From an uncultured Armatimonadetes bacterium (lineage in GTDB: Bacteria; Armatimonadota; UBA5829; DTJY01), in the NCBI GenBank assembly GCA_963717145.1, contig OY970325.1:2688001-2752000 (forward strand): a stretch of 64,000 nt of DNA, written 5' to 3'. Below, in pieces: positions 43,561 to 52,075 of this stretch. A program made the position numbers and the translations under genes. The number at the start of each line of letters is the position of its first letter. The first letter of the stretch is position 1. Below the pieces are notes generated by a model that worked only from the letters and a program-made list of their open reading frames with translations, was not told where the DNA came from and made no database searches.

Positions 43561-44171
43561 TCCCACGAGACCGGCTTACTAAGCAAGCGATTGTAGTTCA
43601 TGCCATCAGTTGCACGCCATATGTGCATGCTTGCCTCAGGTCGGTATGCCTACAAGCGCTGTTACTGCAAGCTACAGTTGAGTGCTATTGAGCAAGTTTT
43701 TGGTTGGACAGATAAAAAACCTTCCGCTCGGACAGCAAAACCCGTTTAGGGAAGTGGAGTCTCAGGGTAGAAACGATGTGAAGATAAGAGATCGAATGGC
43801 TGGTTAGACCGTGGACAGTCAACGGCGCGCGTGTGTTTGCGTGCGTCGCTGGGCTGAGAGATGAATAAGGAACGGCCGGAGAGATTGGACCCCTCCGGCC
43901 GTCGATAGCGCAGAAGAGCCCCCGGTAACAGGCGAGATCCACCACGCCAAGAGTGTGCTCAGCTTCTGTGCTTCTTCCTTCTTCTGATTCTCCCCATCAT
44001 CTGCGGAACAGAATAGCGGATGCGTTTCAGCAGCAGCGCCCGACTCCATGGAGGACGATCGACGGCGACGGCTGCCTATTGTCGTTTCCGAGCGTATCTA
44101 TTATACCATGCCTGAGCTTGTTTCTGCAGTGATATATCAGACAGGCCCAGACTTAAAGGAGGAGCGGAAGC

Positions 44172-47100
44172 ATGCGAACGAAGATTGCTCTGTTAGTTCT
44201 ATCACTCTTTGTGCTCTGCATCAGCCAAGCCGGTGCGTTCGTGGTCAACTTCACGGGCGACGCGAAAGCCGACTTCGCGGGATTCGTTGGAGCACCGGAC
44301 ATCATCGCTGATCCGAACAAAGATGGTCTGGCGGGGTGCAGCGACGGACCGCTGAACCAGAACGCCTTCAACCCGCCGGCGCCGGCCAACAACCTGATTC
44401 CGGCGTCGGGTTTCAACATTAGCCAGGTGTTCTCCGCATACGATTGCGAGACTGATACGTTGTACATCGGCCTCGACGTGTGCGATCCGAGGATTGCCTG
44501 GGATTCTGATAATAATAACAATATCACTACATTCAACCCAGCGTTGGTTCCTGGCTCGACGCTCCAGTCGTCATTTAGGGATGACGGGCTTGAGGACTAC
44601 GAGATAGAGGTTGATGTCAACAGCGCCGCCTGCCCTGGATTGGCAGACTTCATCACCGCTGATTTCCGCATCCTCATCACCAGTGAAGACGGCGGAGTCA
44701 CCATCAACCCTCACTTCGCCCCGCCGCTGCCACCCGGCACGCTGACGATACAGCAGACATTCACCGGGGCGGACGTCGAGATCAAGATCCATGGCGTGCG
44801 AGCAACATACCCGGCCGTGGGGAACAGCATACCGGTGAGAATCGTTACGCGCTCCGGTGCTACCAGTGATCTGTCAAACGAAGACGTCACGGATTCGTGT
44901 TTCCAACTGGCGTGCCAAACATGCATAGAGATCACCAAGCTGGTGTCCTGCTCGCCGACCGGACCGTTCACTAGCTCGGTGTCAGCGCTGAGAGGAGCAC
45001 CTGTCTACTTCCAGATCCAAGTGCGGAACTGCGGCACGAACAGCTTGAACAACGTCACGATCACCGATACACTGCTTAGTGAACAAGACAATGCTTTGCT
45101 CTCGTGCTCCGGATGTACGAACGGCTTGAACTGCATGCCGACCTCCACCGTCGCCCCGGTGCTGACTAATATCGGCACCCTGACGCCGGGTGAAATCAGA
45201 ACGTTCGTCTGCACTGTGCTGACGAACCCGGCATTCCCGATTACGGGCATTACCCCGGATGCGGTCAACCAAGTCACTGTGACCGGAACCGGAGCTGTCA
45301 CCGGAGTCGTGGTGAACGATGGACCGGAGACCGCTTCAGTGAACCTTCTGATACCGTCGATCACCTGCAGCAAGCTCCTTGACGACGACAGCAACTTCGC
45401 TGCTGACGCAGGAGACACCACGCCACCCACCAACAACCTCAACCTTCCGGATGGTGGAAACGTTTGGTATCAGTTCTGTGTGAACAACACCGGCGAAACA
45501 CCGGTCGACTTCAGCGCCGGGGCGGACCCGAACTGCCCAGCCTTCAACGACACCTTCCTCGAGGTGCTTGATCCTCAGATACCCGGCACGGGCGTGAACC
45601 TCGACAACCTGTTCCGCGCGCGGCTCGTTGTGTTGTTCGGCAACAACATACTGCCCGCGGGACAGCAGGTCTGCGTTGTCGTTGGCCCGGTCCTGTTCGA
45701 TAAGGTGGTGCTGTGTCCGGCCAGGAGTGCATTCCCGGATGTCTTCTCGGCATGCGGCCGCGCAACCGGCACCAACATCTGCCTGCCACCGAATGGAGGC
45801 GAGAATGTTAGCACCGGCAACTGCACCGCCACTGTCAGGTTATGTCCGCCGGCTGTCTGCATAGAGAAGCTGGTGTCATGCTCACCGAGCGGACCGTTCA
45901 CGCCAACAGTAACCGCCCTCAGAGGCGCGACAGTGTACTTCCAGATCGTAGTGGAGAACTGCGGTGGCGAAGCGCTGAATAACGTAATAGTCACCGACAC
46001 GCTGCTTGCCGAGGTTGACAATGCGCTGCTGTCATGCTCAGGATGCACGAATGGCCTGAACTGCATTCCGACCTCGACCGGCCTGCCGGTCCAGACAAAC
46101 ATCGGCAGCCTGGCGATCGGCGAGTCGAAGACCTTCATCTGCACCGCTCTGACGAATCCGGCGTTCGCCATACCCGGCATCAACCCGGATATCACGAACA
46201 GAGTAACAGTTACGGCAACCAGCGCTACGACGCAGACTGTCGTAAACGATGGCCCGTCGGATGCCTCAGTGAACCTGCTGATACCGAGTATCACGTGCAG
46301 CAAGCTGGTCGCTGACAATCCGAACATGACGAATGCCACTCAGCACCTGAACCTCTCTGATGCCACGATGGACGTGGAGCAGGCATGGTACAGGTTCTGC
46401 ATCACCAATACAGGCGAGTCAGCAGTGAGCTTCGCGGCCGGAGCCGATCCGAACTGCCCGAAGATCTCTGACACGTTCATAAAGCCCGGCGGAACTACGA
46501 GCCCGACCTGCAGCAGCGGTCCCATCGTAATCCCGGAAACCAACCAGGACCTGAACGCCCTGTTCCTGGCTCAGATGCCGGGCGGAAGCCTGGCCGCCGG
46601 ACAGATGGTCTGCGTAACAGTCGGACCGGTCAGCTTCGACGAGAACCAGTTGTGCTGCGTCCAGAAGGTCTGGCCGGATACGTTCAGCGCTTGCGGCAAA
46701 GCCATGGAGAACGGTTTCTGTCTGCCCCCGGGTGGAGCTGAGAGCGTTACCACCGGCAACTGCACCGCGGACGTGACGATCTGCGCACCGCCGTGCATAC
46801 AGATCGACAAGCTGGTATCTTGCTTACCTGGCGGGCCGTTCGTTGAATCGGTAACGGCGCTGAGAGGCTCTACCATCTACTTCCAGATCACCGTGAGGAA
46901 CTGCGGTGGACGCAACCTGTCCAACGTGACTATAACCGACACGATGGCTGAGGTCGACAATGCGCTGCTGTCGTGCTCCGGATGCACCAACGGCTTGAAC
47001 TGCATCCCGATCGCGAACGGCGCGGTTCTCACCAACATCGGCAACCTCAATGTCGGTGAGTCGAAGACTTTCATCTGCACGGTCTTGACTAACCCGGCGT

Positions 47101-49433
47101 TCAACGTAGAGGGGAACGCAGTCGACATAACTAATACCGTCTCGGTGACCGGCACGGTCGTGTCTCCAGGAGTCGGAGATGCTACATCGGTGAGCGATGG
47201 ACCCGACAGCGCGACTGTCAACGTGCTCGTACCGTCGATCGTCTGCAGCAAGTTGCTCGACGATGACAGCAACTTCGCCGTCGATGCGGGAGACACCACG
47301 CCGCCGACAAACGACCTGAACCTGTCGCAGTTGCCGATAGGTGTGAAGCAGGCATGGTATCAGTTCTGTGTCGAGAACACCGGCGAAGTGAAGGTAGACT
47401 TCACAGCGGGCGCGAATCCCGACTGCCCGAACTTCCTCGATGCATTCATCGAGACGGCTGATCCGGCGATACCGGGCACCGGCGCGGATATCGACACGGC
47501 GTTCCGGACGGCTCTGACGAACGCGTTCGGCGGACAGTTCCTGCCCGCAGGTCAGAAGGTCTGCATAGTAGTCGGACCGGTCACCTTCGATGAGACGACA
47601 CTGTGCCCGCATGCGCCGTTCGTTGACCAGTTCTCTGCATGCGGCAACGCGACCGACACCGGCATCTGCCTGCCGCAGAGTGGTGGAGAGAGCGTAAGTA
47701 CCGGCATCTGCACAGCCACGGTCAGAATCTGCCCCGCGCAGATCTGCATCACCAAGGGCGTGGCCTGCGTCCCGGAGGGGCCGTTCCTGCCCTCCGCAAC
47801 CGCGCTGAGAGGGGCTGACATCTACTGGCAGGTCGTCATCACGAACTGCGGTGGCAAGGTCCTGAACAACGTGACTCTTACAGACACATTGTTCGAGGAG
47901 GATAATGCTCTGCTGAACTGCGCCGGATGCACGGGAGTCGTTCCCGCCATATGCATCCCCGGCGTGTTCAACCTGGGCACGATGAACCCCGGCGATGTGA
48001 AGACGATCGTGTGCAGATTCCCGACAAACCCGAGCTTCAATGTGATCGGGAATGCTGTGGATGCGCGTAATACCGCGAGGGTCACTGCTGCGGTCGCCAA
48101 CCCGGCGGTCGGAGAACCTGCATCGGTGAGCGCCGGACCGGTCGAAGCCACAGTGAACGTCCTGGTCCCAGGCATCGAGTGCGATCTGCTCATGGACGAT
48201 GATGACAACTTCGCCGAAGATGCGGGCGACCTGACGCCGCCCGCAGTCAACCTGAACCTGTCGATGAACGGCGCGCCACAGGTCGAGCATGTGTGGAAGC
48301 AGCTCAAGGTGTGCAACACCGGAGAGGTCCCAGTCAACTTCGCCGTCGGCGCGAATCCGAACTGCCCGGACTTCGATGACCAACTGGTGGAGGGCTTCGG
48401 CATCGACGTGGCCCAGAAGTTCCGCGACGCTCTCGTGGCGGCATTCGGAAGCCAGGTGCTGCCTCCGGGTCAGTGCGTGACCATCGTCGTCGGACCGCTC
48501 GAGTTCGACGAGAACGTGCTGTGCCCGAACACCCCGATCATCGTGAACCGGTTCACGGCATGCGGCTTCGCCACAAGGAACGACATCTGCCTGCCGCCGG
48601 CCGGCGGGGAGAATGTGAGCACCGGACTGTGCCAGGGCACGATCATGCTCTGCCAGCCTGTCCTGTTCCAGGCAGTTCCCGGCAACTCGCTCGGGCTGGA
48701 CGTGCACCAGATGGGTCACCTCGGTAATTCCGGCGAGGTCATATCGTCCGCGCCAGGCCTGTTCGTCCTGGTACCCGGCAACAACTGGGAGAACTTCGTG
48801 GCAGCCGCTCAGGTGGACCAACCGTACACCCTGAAGAATGTCACGCTGATCAAGCAGACACCGGAGTTCATACAGTGCCCGGACGTATTCCCGCCGATAA
48901 CAGTCCAGCAGCAGGGGACTGCGGGAATCCGACTGAGATGGCCGCTGATGTACGAGGCGCCAGGCACGACGTTCACACTGATCATCCAGTACGGCACCAA
49001 TTCGCTGTTCGATGATGATGGCATACTCGGTCCGAACATCCCGGCATACTTCCACGAGAACGTGTGGGAGTGGAAGGTGGAAGCCTCGCTGGAGAGCATG
49101 AAACTCCTGCTCGAGCTGTTCCATCAGATACCGTTCGGGTTGGATGAAGTGCCGCTGATCTCTGACGAGGTGCTGTATCCGATACTCCAGGAGAAGCTGG
49201 ACATGATCATACAGCTAGTGGCTGAGGACAAGATCCGTGAAGCCTCGCTGCTCCTGGGAGATTTCGAGATGGAAGTATCGGATGCGTGCATCGCCGTCTC
49301 GCCCAGGCTGCCCTATCCGACAGGGCCTGGAACGGGCATCGCAGGTACTGAAGAGAACCCTGCGTGCTGCAAGCTCCTGGTAGACGCCGAGTTCGTCGGA
49401 TTCAAACTCGGACTCTTCCAGGCCACAAAATAG
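44172..49433 (+). CDS. Giant Cys-rich secreted protein with four tandem double-Ig (DUF11-like) units and a C-terminal ENPACCK domain (copy 8)
   Basis: RBS AAGGAGG; signal peptide AGA|F; four repeats of K(L/G)VxC.P.GPF....ALRG..xY(F/W)Q....NCG; last ~255 aa read VLFQAVPG...ENPACCKLLVDAEF. Confidence 0.9.
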   Translation: MRTKIALLVLSLFVLCISQAGAFVVNFTGDAKADFAGFVGAPDIIADPNKDGLAGCSDGPLNQNAFNPPAPANNLIPASGFNISQVFSAYDCETDTLYIGLDVCDPRIAWDSDNNNNITTFNPALVPGSTLQSSFRDDGLEDYEIEVDVNSAACPGLADFITADFRILITSEDGGVTINPHFAPPLPPGTLTIQQTFTGADVEIKIHGVRATYPAVGNSIPVRIVTRSGATSDLSNEDVTDSCFQLACQTCIEITKLVSCSPTGPFTSSVSALRGAPVYFQIQVRNCGTNSLNNVTITDTLLSEQDNALLSCSGCTNGLNCMPTSTVAPVLTNIGTLTPGEIRTFVCTVLTNPAFPITGITPDAVNQVTVTGTGAVTGVVVNDGPETASVNLLIPSITCSKLLDDDSNFAADAGDTTPPTNNLNLPDGGNVWYQFCVNNTGETPVDFSAGADPNCPAFNDTFLEVLDPQIPGTGVNLDNLFRARLVVLFGNNILPAGQQVCVVVGPVLFDKVVLCPARSAFPDVFSACGRATGTNICLPPNGGENVSTGNCTATVRLCPPAVCIEKLVSCSPSGPFTPTVTALRGATVYFQIVVENCGGEALNNVIVTDTLLAEVDNALLSCSGCTNGLNCIPTSTGLPVQTNIGSLAIGESKTFICTALTNPAFAIPGINPDITNRVTVTATSATTQTVVNDGPSDASVNLLIPSITCSKLVADNPNMTNATQHLNLSDATMDVEQAWYRFCITNTGESAVSFAAGADPNCPKISDTFIKPGGTTSPTCSSGPIVIPETNQDLNALFLAQMPGGSLAAGQMVCVTVGPVSFDENQLCCVQKVWPDTFSACGKAMENGFCLPPGGAESVTTGNCTADVTICAPPCIQIDKLVSCLPGGPFVESVTALRGSTIYFQITVRNCGGRNLSNVTITDTMAEVDNALLSCSGCTNGLNCIPIANGAVLTNIGNLNVGESKTFICTVLTNPAFNVEGNAVDITNTVSVTGTVVSPGVGDATSVSDGPDSATVNVLVPSIVCSKLLDDDSNFAVDAGDTTPPTNDLNLSQLPIGVKQAWYQFCVENTGEVKVDFTAGANPDCPNFLDAFIETADPAIPGTGADIDTAFRTALTNAFGGQFLPAGQKVCIVVGPVTFDETTLCPHAPFVDQFSACGNATDTGICLPQSGGESVSTGICTATVRICPAQICITKGVACVPEGPFLPSATALRGADIYWQVVITNCGGKVLNNVTLTDTLFEEDNALLNCAGCTGVVPAICIPGVFNLGTMNPGDVKTIVCRFPTNPSFNVIGNAVDARNTARVTAAVANPAVGEPASVSAGPVEATVNVLVPGIECDLLMDDDDNFAEDAGDLTPPAVNLNLSMNGAPQVEHVWKQLKVCNTGEVPVNFAVGANPNCPDFDDQLVEGFGIDVAQKFRDALVAAFGSQVLPPGQCVTIVVGPLEFDENVLCPNTPIIVNRFTACGFATRNDICLPPAGGENVSTGLCQGTIMLCQPVLFQAVPGNSLGLDVHQMGHLGNSGEVISSAPGLFVLVPGNNWENFVAAAQVDQPYTLKNVTLIKQTPEFIQCPDVFPPITVQQQGTAGIRLRWPLMYEAPGTTFTLIIQYGTNSLFDDDGILGPNIPAYFHENVWEWKVEASLESMKLLLELFHQIPFGLDEVPLISDEVLYPILQEKLDMIIQLVAEDKIREASLLLGDFEMEVSDACIAVSPRLPYPTGPGTGIAGTEENPACCKLLVDAEFVGFKLGLFQATK

Positions 49434-49531
49434 ACGGCCTCCGGCCTGGCGGGATTCGTCCCGCTTGGCATGGCCCGGGGCCCCGGCAGGGATGCTGGGG
49501 CCCTCCTGAATTGAATGTGTCTCTGCCAACA

Positions 49532-49569
49532 CAAAGGCCGCTGAGAGAAGTATCTCTCAGCGGCCTTTG
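49532..49569. terminator. Terminator-like hairpin
   Basis: CAAAGGCCGCTGAGAGA-AGTA-TCTCTCAGCGGCCTTTG. Confidence 0.75.
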
Positions 49570-49741
49570 ACTGTTGCCGCCAGCTGCCGCGGTTACCGTC
49601 CCCTGGTCCATCCGCCGGCCTCTCACGGGCCTATGGCTCAACTCCCGTCGCCGTGGTGAACCTCGGCATCGTTGCGCCGGGGATCGCTCGACTCTCGACT
49701 TCAGGCAGAACCCCCCGGAAGCATTGCTCATCACCGCAGGA

Positions 49742-49888
49742 GGAATCGTCCGCTACTCGGTCATACACGACCTCAGCGTCGGCCGGAGCGTAGAGGAGAC
49801 GATCCGCGTGCTCAGCGCCCTCCAGACCGGCGAGCTGTGCCCGGTCGAATGGGAGCCCGGCGAGGAGACCCTCGGCAAAGCGGCATAG
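49742..49888 (+). pseudogene. Orphan C-terminal fragment of a 2-Cys peroxiredoxin (AhpC/Prx1 family)
   Basis: GIVRYSVIHDLSVGRSVEETIRVLSALQTGELCPVEWEPGEETL*; no upstream peroxidatic-Cys (FVCPTE) region is visible. Confidence 0.75.
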
Positions 49889-49904
49889 GTTTCTGGCACA
49901 AACG

Positions 49905-49935
49905 CAGGAGGGAGCCGCTTTCCGGCTCCCTCCTG
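49905..49935. terminator. Hairpin between convergent ends
   Basis: CAGGAGGGAGCCG-CTTTC-CGGCTCCCTCCTG. Confidence 0.7.
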
Positions 49936-49946
49936 TTGCTTATTGC

Positions 49947-51050
49947 CTACTTCGACTTGGCCGGGGGCGGTGGCGCTTTCTCTAAGGCGTGTGGGCTCTT
50001 CAGGACATCGAGTAGGCCGGAGGGGACCATGAGCCGTCCGTTGACGACCTTCATCTTCTGGGCGAGCTTGATCGTCCCGCCGGTCCACACGATGGCGTCC
50101 TTCCCCGGCACGAGCGTGTACCGGTTCTTGCCGACGAGGAGCTTCGCCTCTTTCCCGAGCCATTGGACCGTCGCGCCCGGTATCTTGGCCGCGAGGTCCC
50201 GGGTCGAGATGAGCTTGCCTGCTACCACCGATGGCTTGGTTGGCATGGGAACCTGTGGCCCGCCCATCGGGTCCAACAGACGCACGATCTCACCGGTTAC
50301 CGCATCCACCCGGGCGCTGTATTCCACGTCTTCCCCCTGGGCGTTCTGGCCGCCAACGATGAAACCCCACACGGTGTGATCCGGGTCTACGTAGAGACCA
50401 GGATCGTGATTGGCCGCCCCGGTTACCAGCCCTTTGGCAGCCTTCACTATGTCCACTGCCTGCTGAGCTGTGATCTGCGGCTGCTGAGGGGTCGGTGTCG
50501 GAACACGAATCGTGTAGCCGTAACTCTGAATGCGACCGTCCACGGGATTGACATCCACGCCGACGCCGTTCGGAGTCGATGCACCGTAGGCTACTACCTG
50601 TCGCCAATAGAACTCCCAGCCGCCGTCGTCCCACTCCGGCTCGTCCGACTGGAAGCCCATCGTGTCGAACCCGCTGTACTTGGCCCGCGCATAGGTCTCC
50701 GCTATCTGCCGGCATTGCTCCTGGGTCAACGGGCCGACCGGCTCTTCTGGCCGCTCGTCCGGCATGGCATCGTGGTAGAAGGCGAACGTCACCTCACCAG
50801 TGACGGCATCAACGATCCAGCTATGCTCTTCATTCTGGGTGTCATCGATGCTATAACTCCTCTCGTGCTCCCACTCAGAACCTTCCAGATTCTGATAAAG
50901 AGGGTCGCACTTGAGCTGAAGGGTGCTATCTCCCTCAAACGCCCGAACAGCATCCATGGCCTGCCCCGGAGTGATCACTGATTGGCCGCTGCACCCGGCA
51001 CCGATGGTCGCGAGCGCACAGCATAAAGCAAGCAATCGCAATCGAGTCAT
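49947..51050 (-). CDS. Lipoprotein with PepSY-like units and a C-terminal copper-amine-oxidase-N (stalk)-like domain
   Basis: Lipobox IGAGC; IT..QA...V and VDAVTGE(V/I) repeats; C-terminal ATVQW...VVNGRLMVP. Confidence 0.6.
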   Translation of the reverse strand: MTRLRLLALCCALATIGAGCSGQSVITPGQAMDAVRAFEGDSTLQLKCDPLYQNLEGSEWEHERSYSIDDTQNEEHSWIVDAVTGEVTFAFYHDAMPDERPEEPVGPLTQEQCRQIAETYARAKYSGFDTMGFQSDEPEWDDGGWEFYWRQVVAYGASTPNGVGVDVNPVDGRIQSYGYTIRVPTPTPQQPQITAQQAVDIVKAAKGLVTGAANHDPGLYVDPDHTVWGFIVGGQNAQGEDVEYSARVDAVTGEIVRLLDPMGGPQVPMPTKPSVVAGKLISTRDLAAKIPGATVQWLGKEAKLLVGKNRYTLVPGKDAIVWTGGTIKLAQKMKVVNGRLMVPSGLLDVLKSPHALEKAPPPPAKSK

Positions 51051-51068
51051 CTCGGTTACCTGTCCTTT

Positions 51069-51953
51069 CTATTCGAATCCGTACTTGGGAGGAACGATCT
51101 TGATGTTCCTATACCCTGGCTGCCCAAACAGGCGAGGCGCCAGCTTCTCATTGCCTGGAAAGGGCTTTGTCCTGTCAGAGACGGACTTAGCATCATCGAA
51201 TGCCTTCCCAACAGTCGCCCCTTTGCATATCTCTGTCCAGAAGATATCGTGGAATCTCTGGTAAGGCTTATCCTCAAGATAGAGCACGTTCTTGAATCCC
51301 ACAACAGCTCGTACACCAGCGCCTTGGAAAGCCCTGGCTATTGAGTTCGCCTCGGGAATGACCAGTGGATTCCCCCAGCACGTCGAGTTCGCGCCTGCTG
51401 ACACGCAGGCCATCAGGTAAGCAAGTCGGATGTGGTCCAGGTTCTTCCCGTCTATCTTGAATTTCTGCACGTCCGGGGAAGGGTCCGTCTGGTATCTGTA
51501 TATCCCAGAATTCCGTGTGGGATCCCTGAATTGCAGATAACTATTCCCCTGTCCGTCGAGATAGCCGTGTCCTGCATACACCCAGACGGCGCTGGGCTTT
51601 CTATACATCTGGTCTGCGGTGCTGACGCACATATTGAGCGTGTGGATCGTGTAACGGGGTTCCTTATCGTTCATCATACCCGTCCCGCCCGCTTCCGGCA
51701 GTCCCGCCGGATAGAATGGCGCATACCTGCCCCTAGGAGGTTCATCGAACGCAAGCAGACGTGGAATATAGCGCATTACCCCCTCCAGTCGCCCGGCTAT
51801 GTTCGCGGCCTTGCTCATGCACCCCTCAAGGCGGCCATACCGCCGCACGGTGCAGGAGAGTATGGCATGAATTGCGGGCAAGTCCAGCGCCCACCTGTGA
51901 GAATGGACTCTTGTTACAGAGGCAATATACCACGTGGCGCCGTGGCCGGTCAA
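51069..51953 (-). CDS. Hypothetical protein with caspase/CHAT-like His-Cys motifs; true start uncertain, possibly 5'-truncated
   Basis: WVYAGHG...LAYLMAC...GAGVRAVVGF...F...FW...GATVGKAF pattern; no clear RBS or signal peptide. Confidence 0.45.
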   Translation of the reverse strand: MTGHGATWYIASVTRVHSHRWALDLPAIHAILSCTVRRYGRLEGCMSKAANIAGRLEGVMRYIPRLLAFDEPPRGRYAPFYPAGLPEAGGTGMMNDKEPRYTIHTLNMCVSTADQMYRKPSAVWVYAGHGYLDGQGNSYLQFRDPTRNSGIYRYQTDPSPDVQKFKIDGKNLDHIRLAYLMACVSAGANSTCWGNPLVIPEANSIARAFQGAGVRAVVGFKNVLYLEDKPYQRFHDIFWTEICKGATVGKAFDDAKSVSDRTKPFPGNEKLAPRLFGQPGYRNIKIVPPKYGFE

Positions 51954-52011
51954 GATTGGCCGGACATGCCTGGCCGCACACTAGAGGAGGTGAGCTGCGA
52001 TACCACGTGGA

Positions 52012-52045
52012 AAGGAGGCAGAGCCCGTAGTGGCCCTGCCTCCTT
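52012..52045 (-). terminator. Terminator-like hairpin after the FN3/LVIVD gene
   Basis: AAGGAGGCAG...CTGCCTCCTT. Confidence 0.6.
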
Positions 52046-52075
52046 CATGTCAAAGCAATGATCGACTAAGCCTGA

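Noticed and set aside
43561-44171. c-di-GMP riboswitch or small gene (43819-44049, minus) between tadC and the giant gene
   Set aside because: No match to the GEMM core that I can see. A minus-strand TGGTATAAT exists at 44100-44108, but the ORF has no RBS or recognisable features.
8421-49124. Long antisense ORFs (e.g. 8421-9296, 30720-31970, 37455-38900, 46824-49124)
   Set aside because: They are shadows of high-GC coding strands with no motifs, RBS or independent coding signal.
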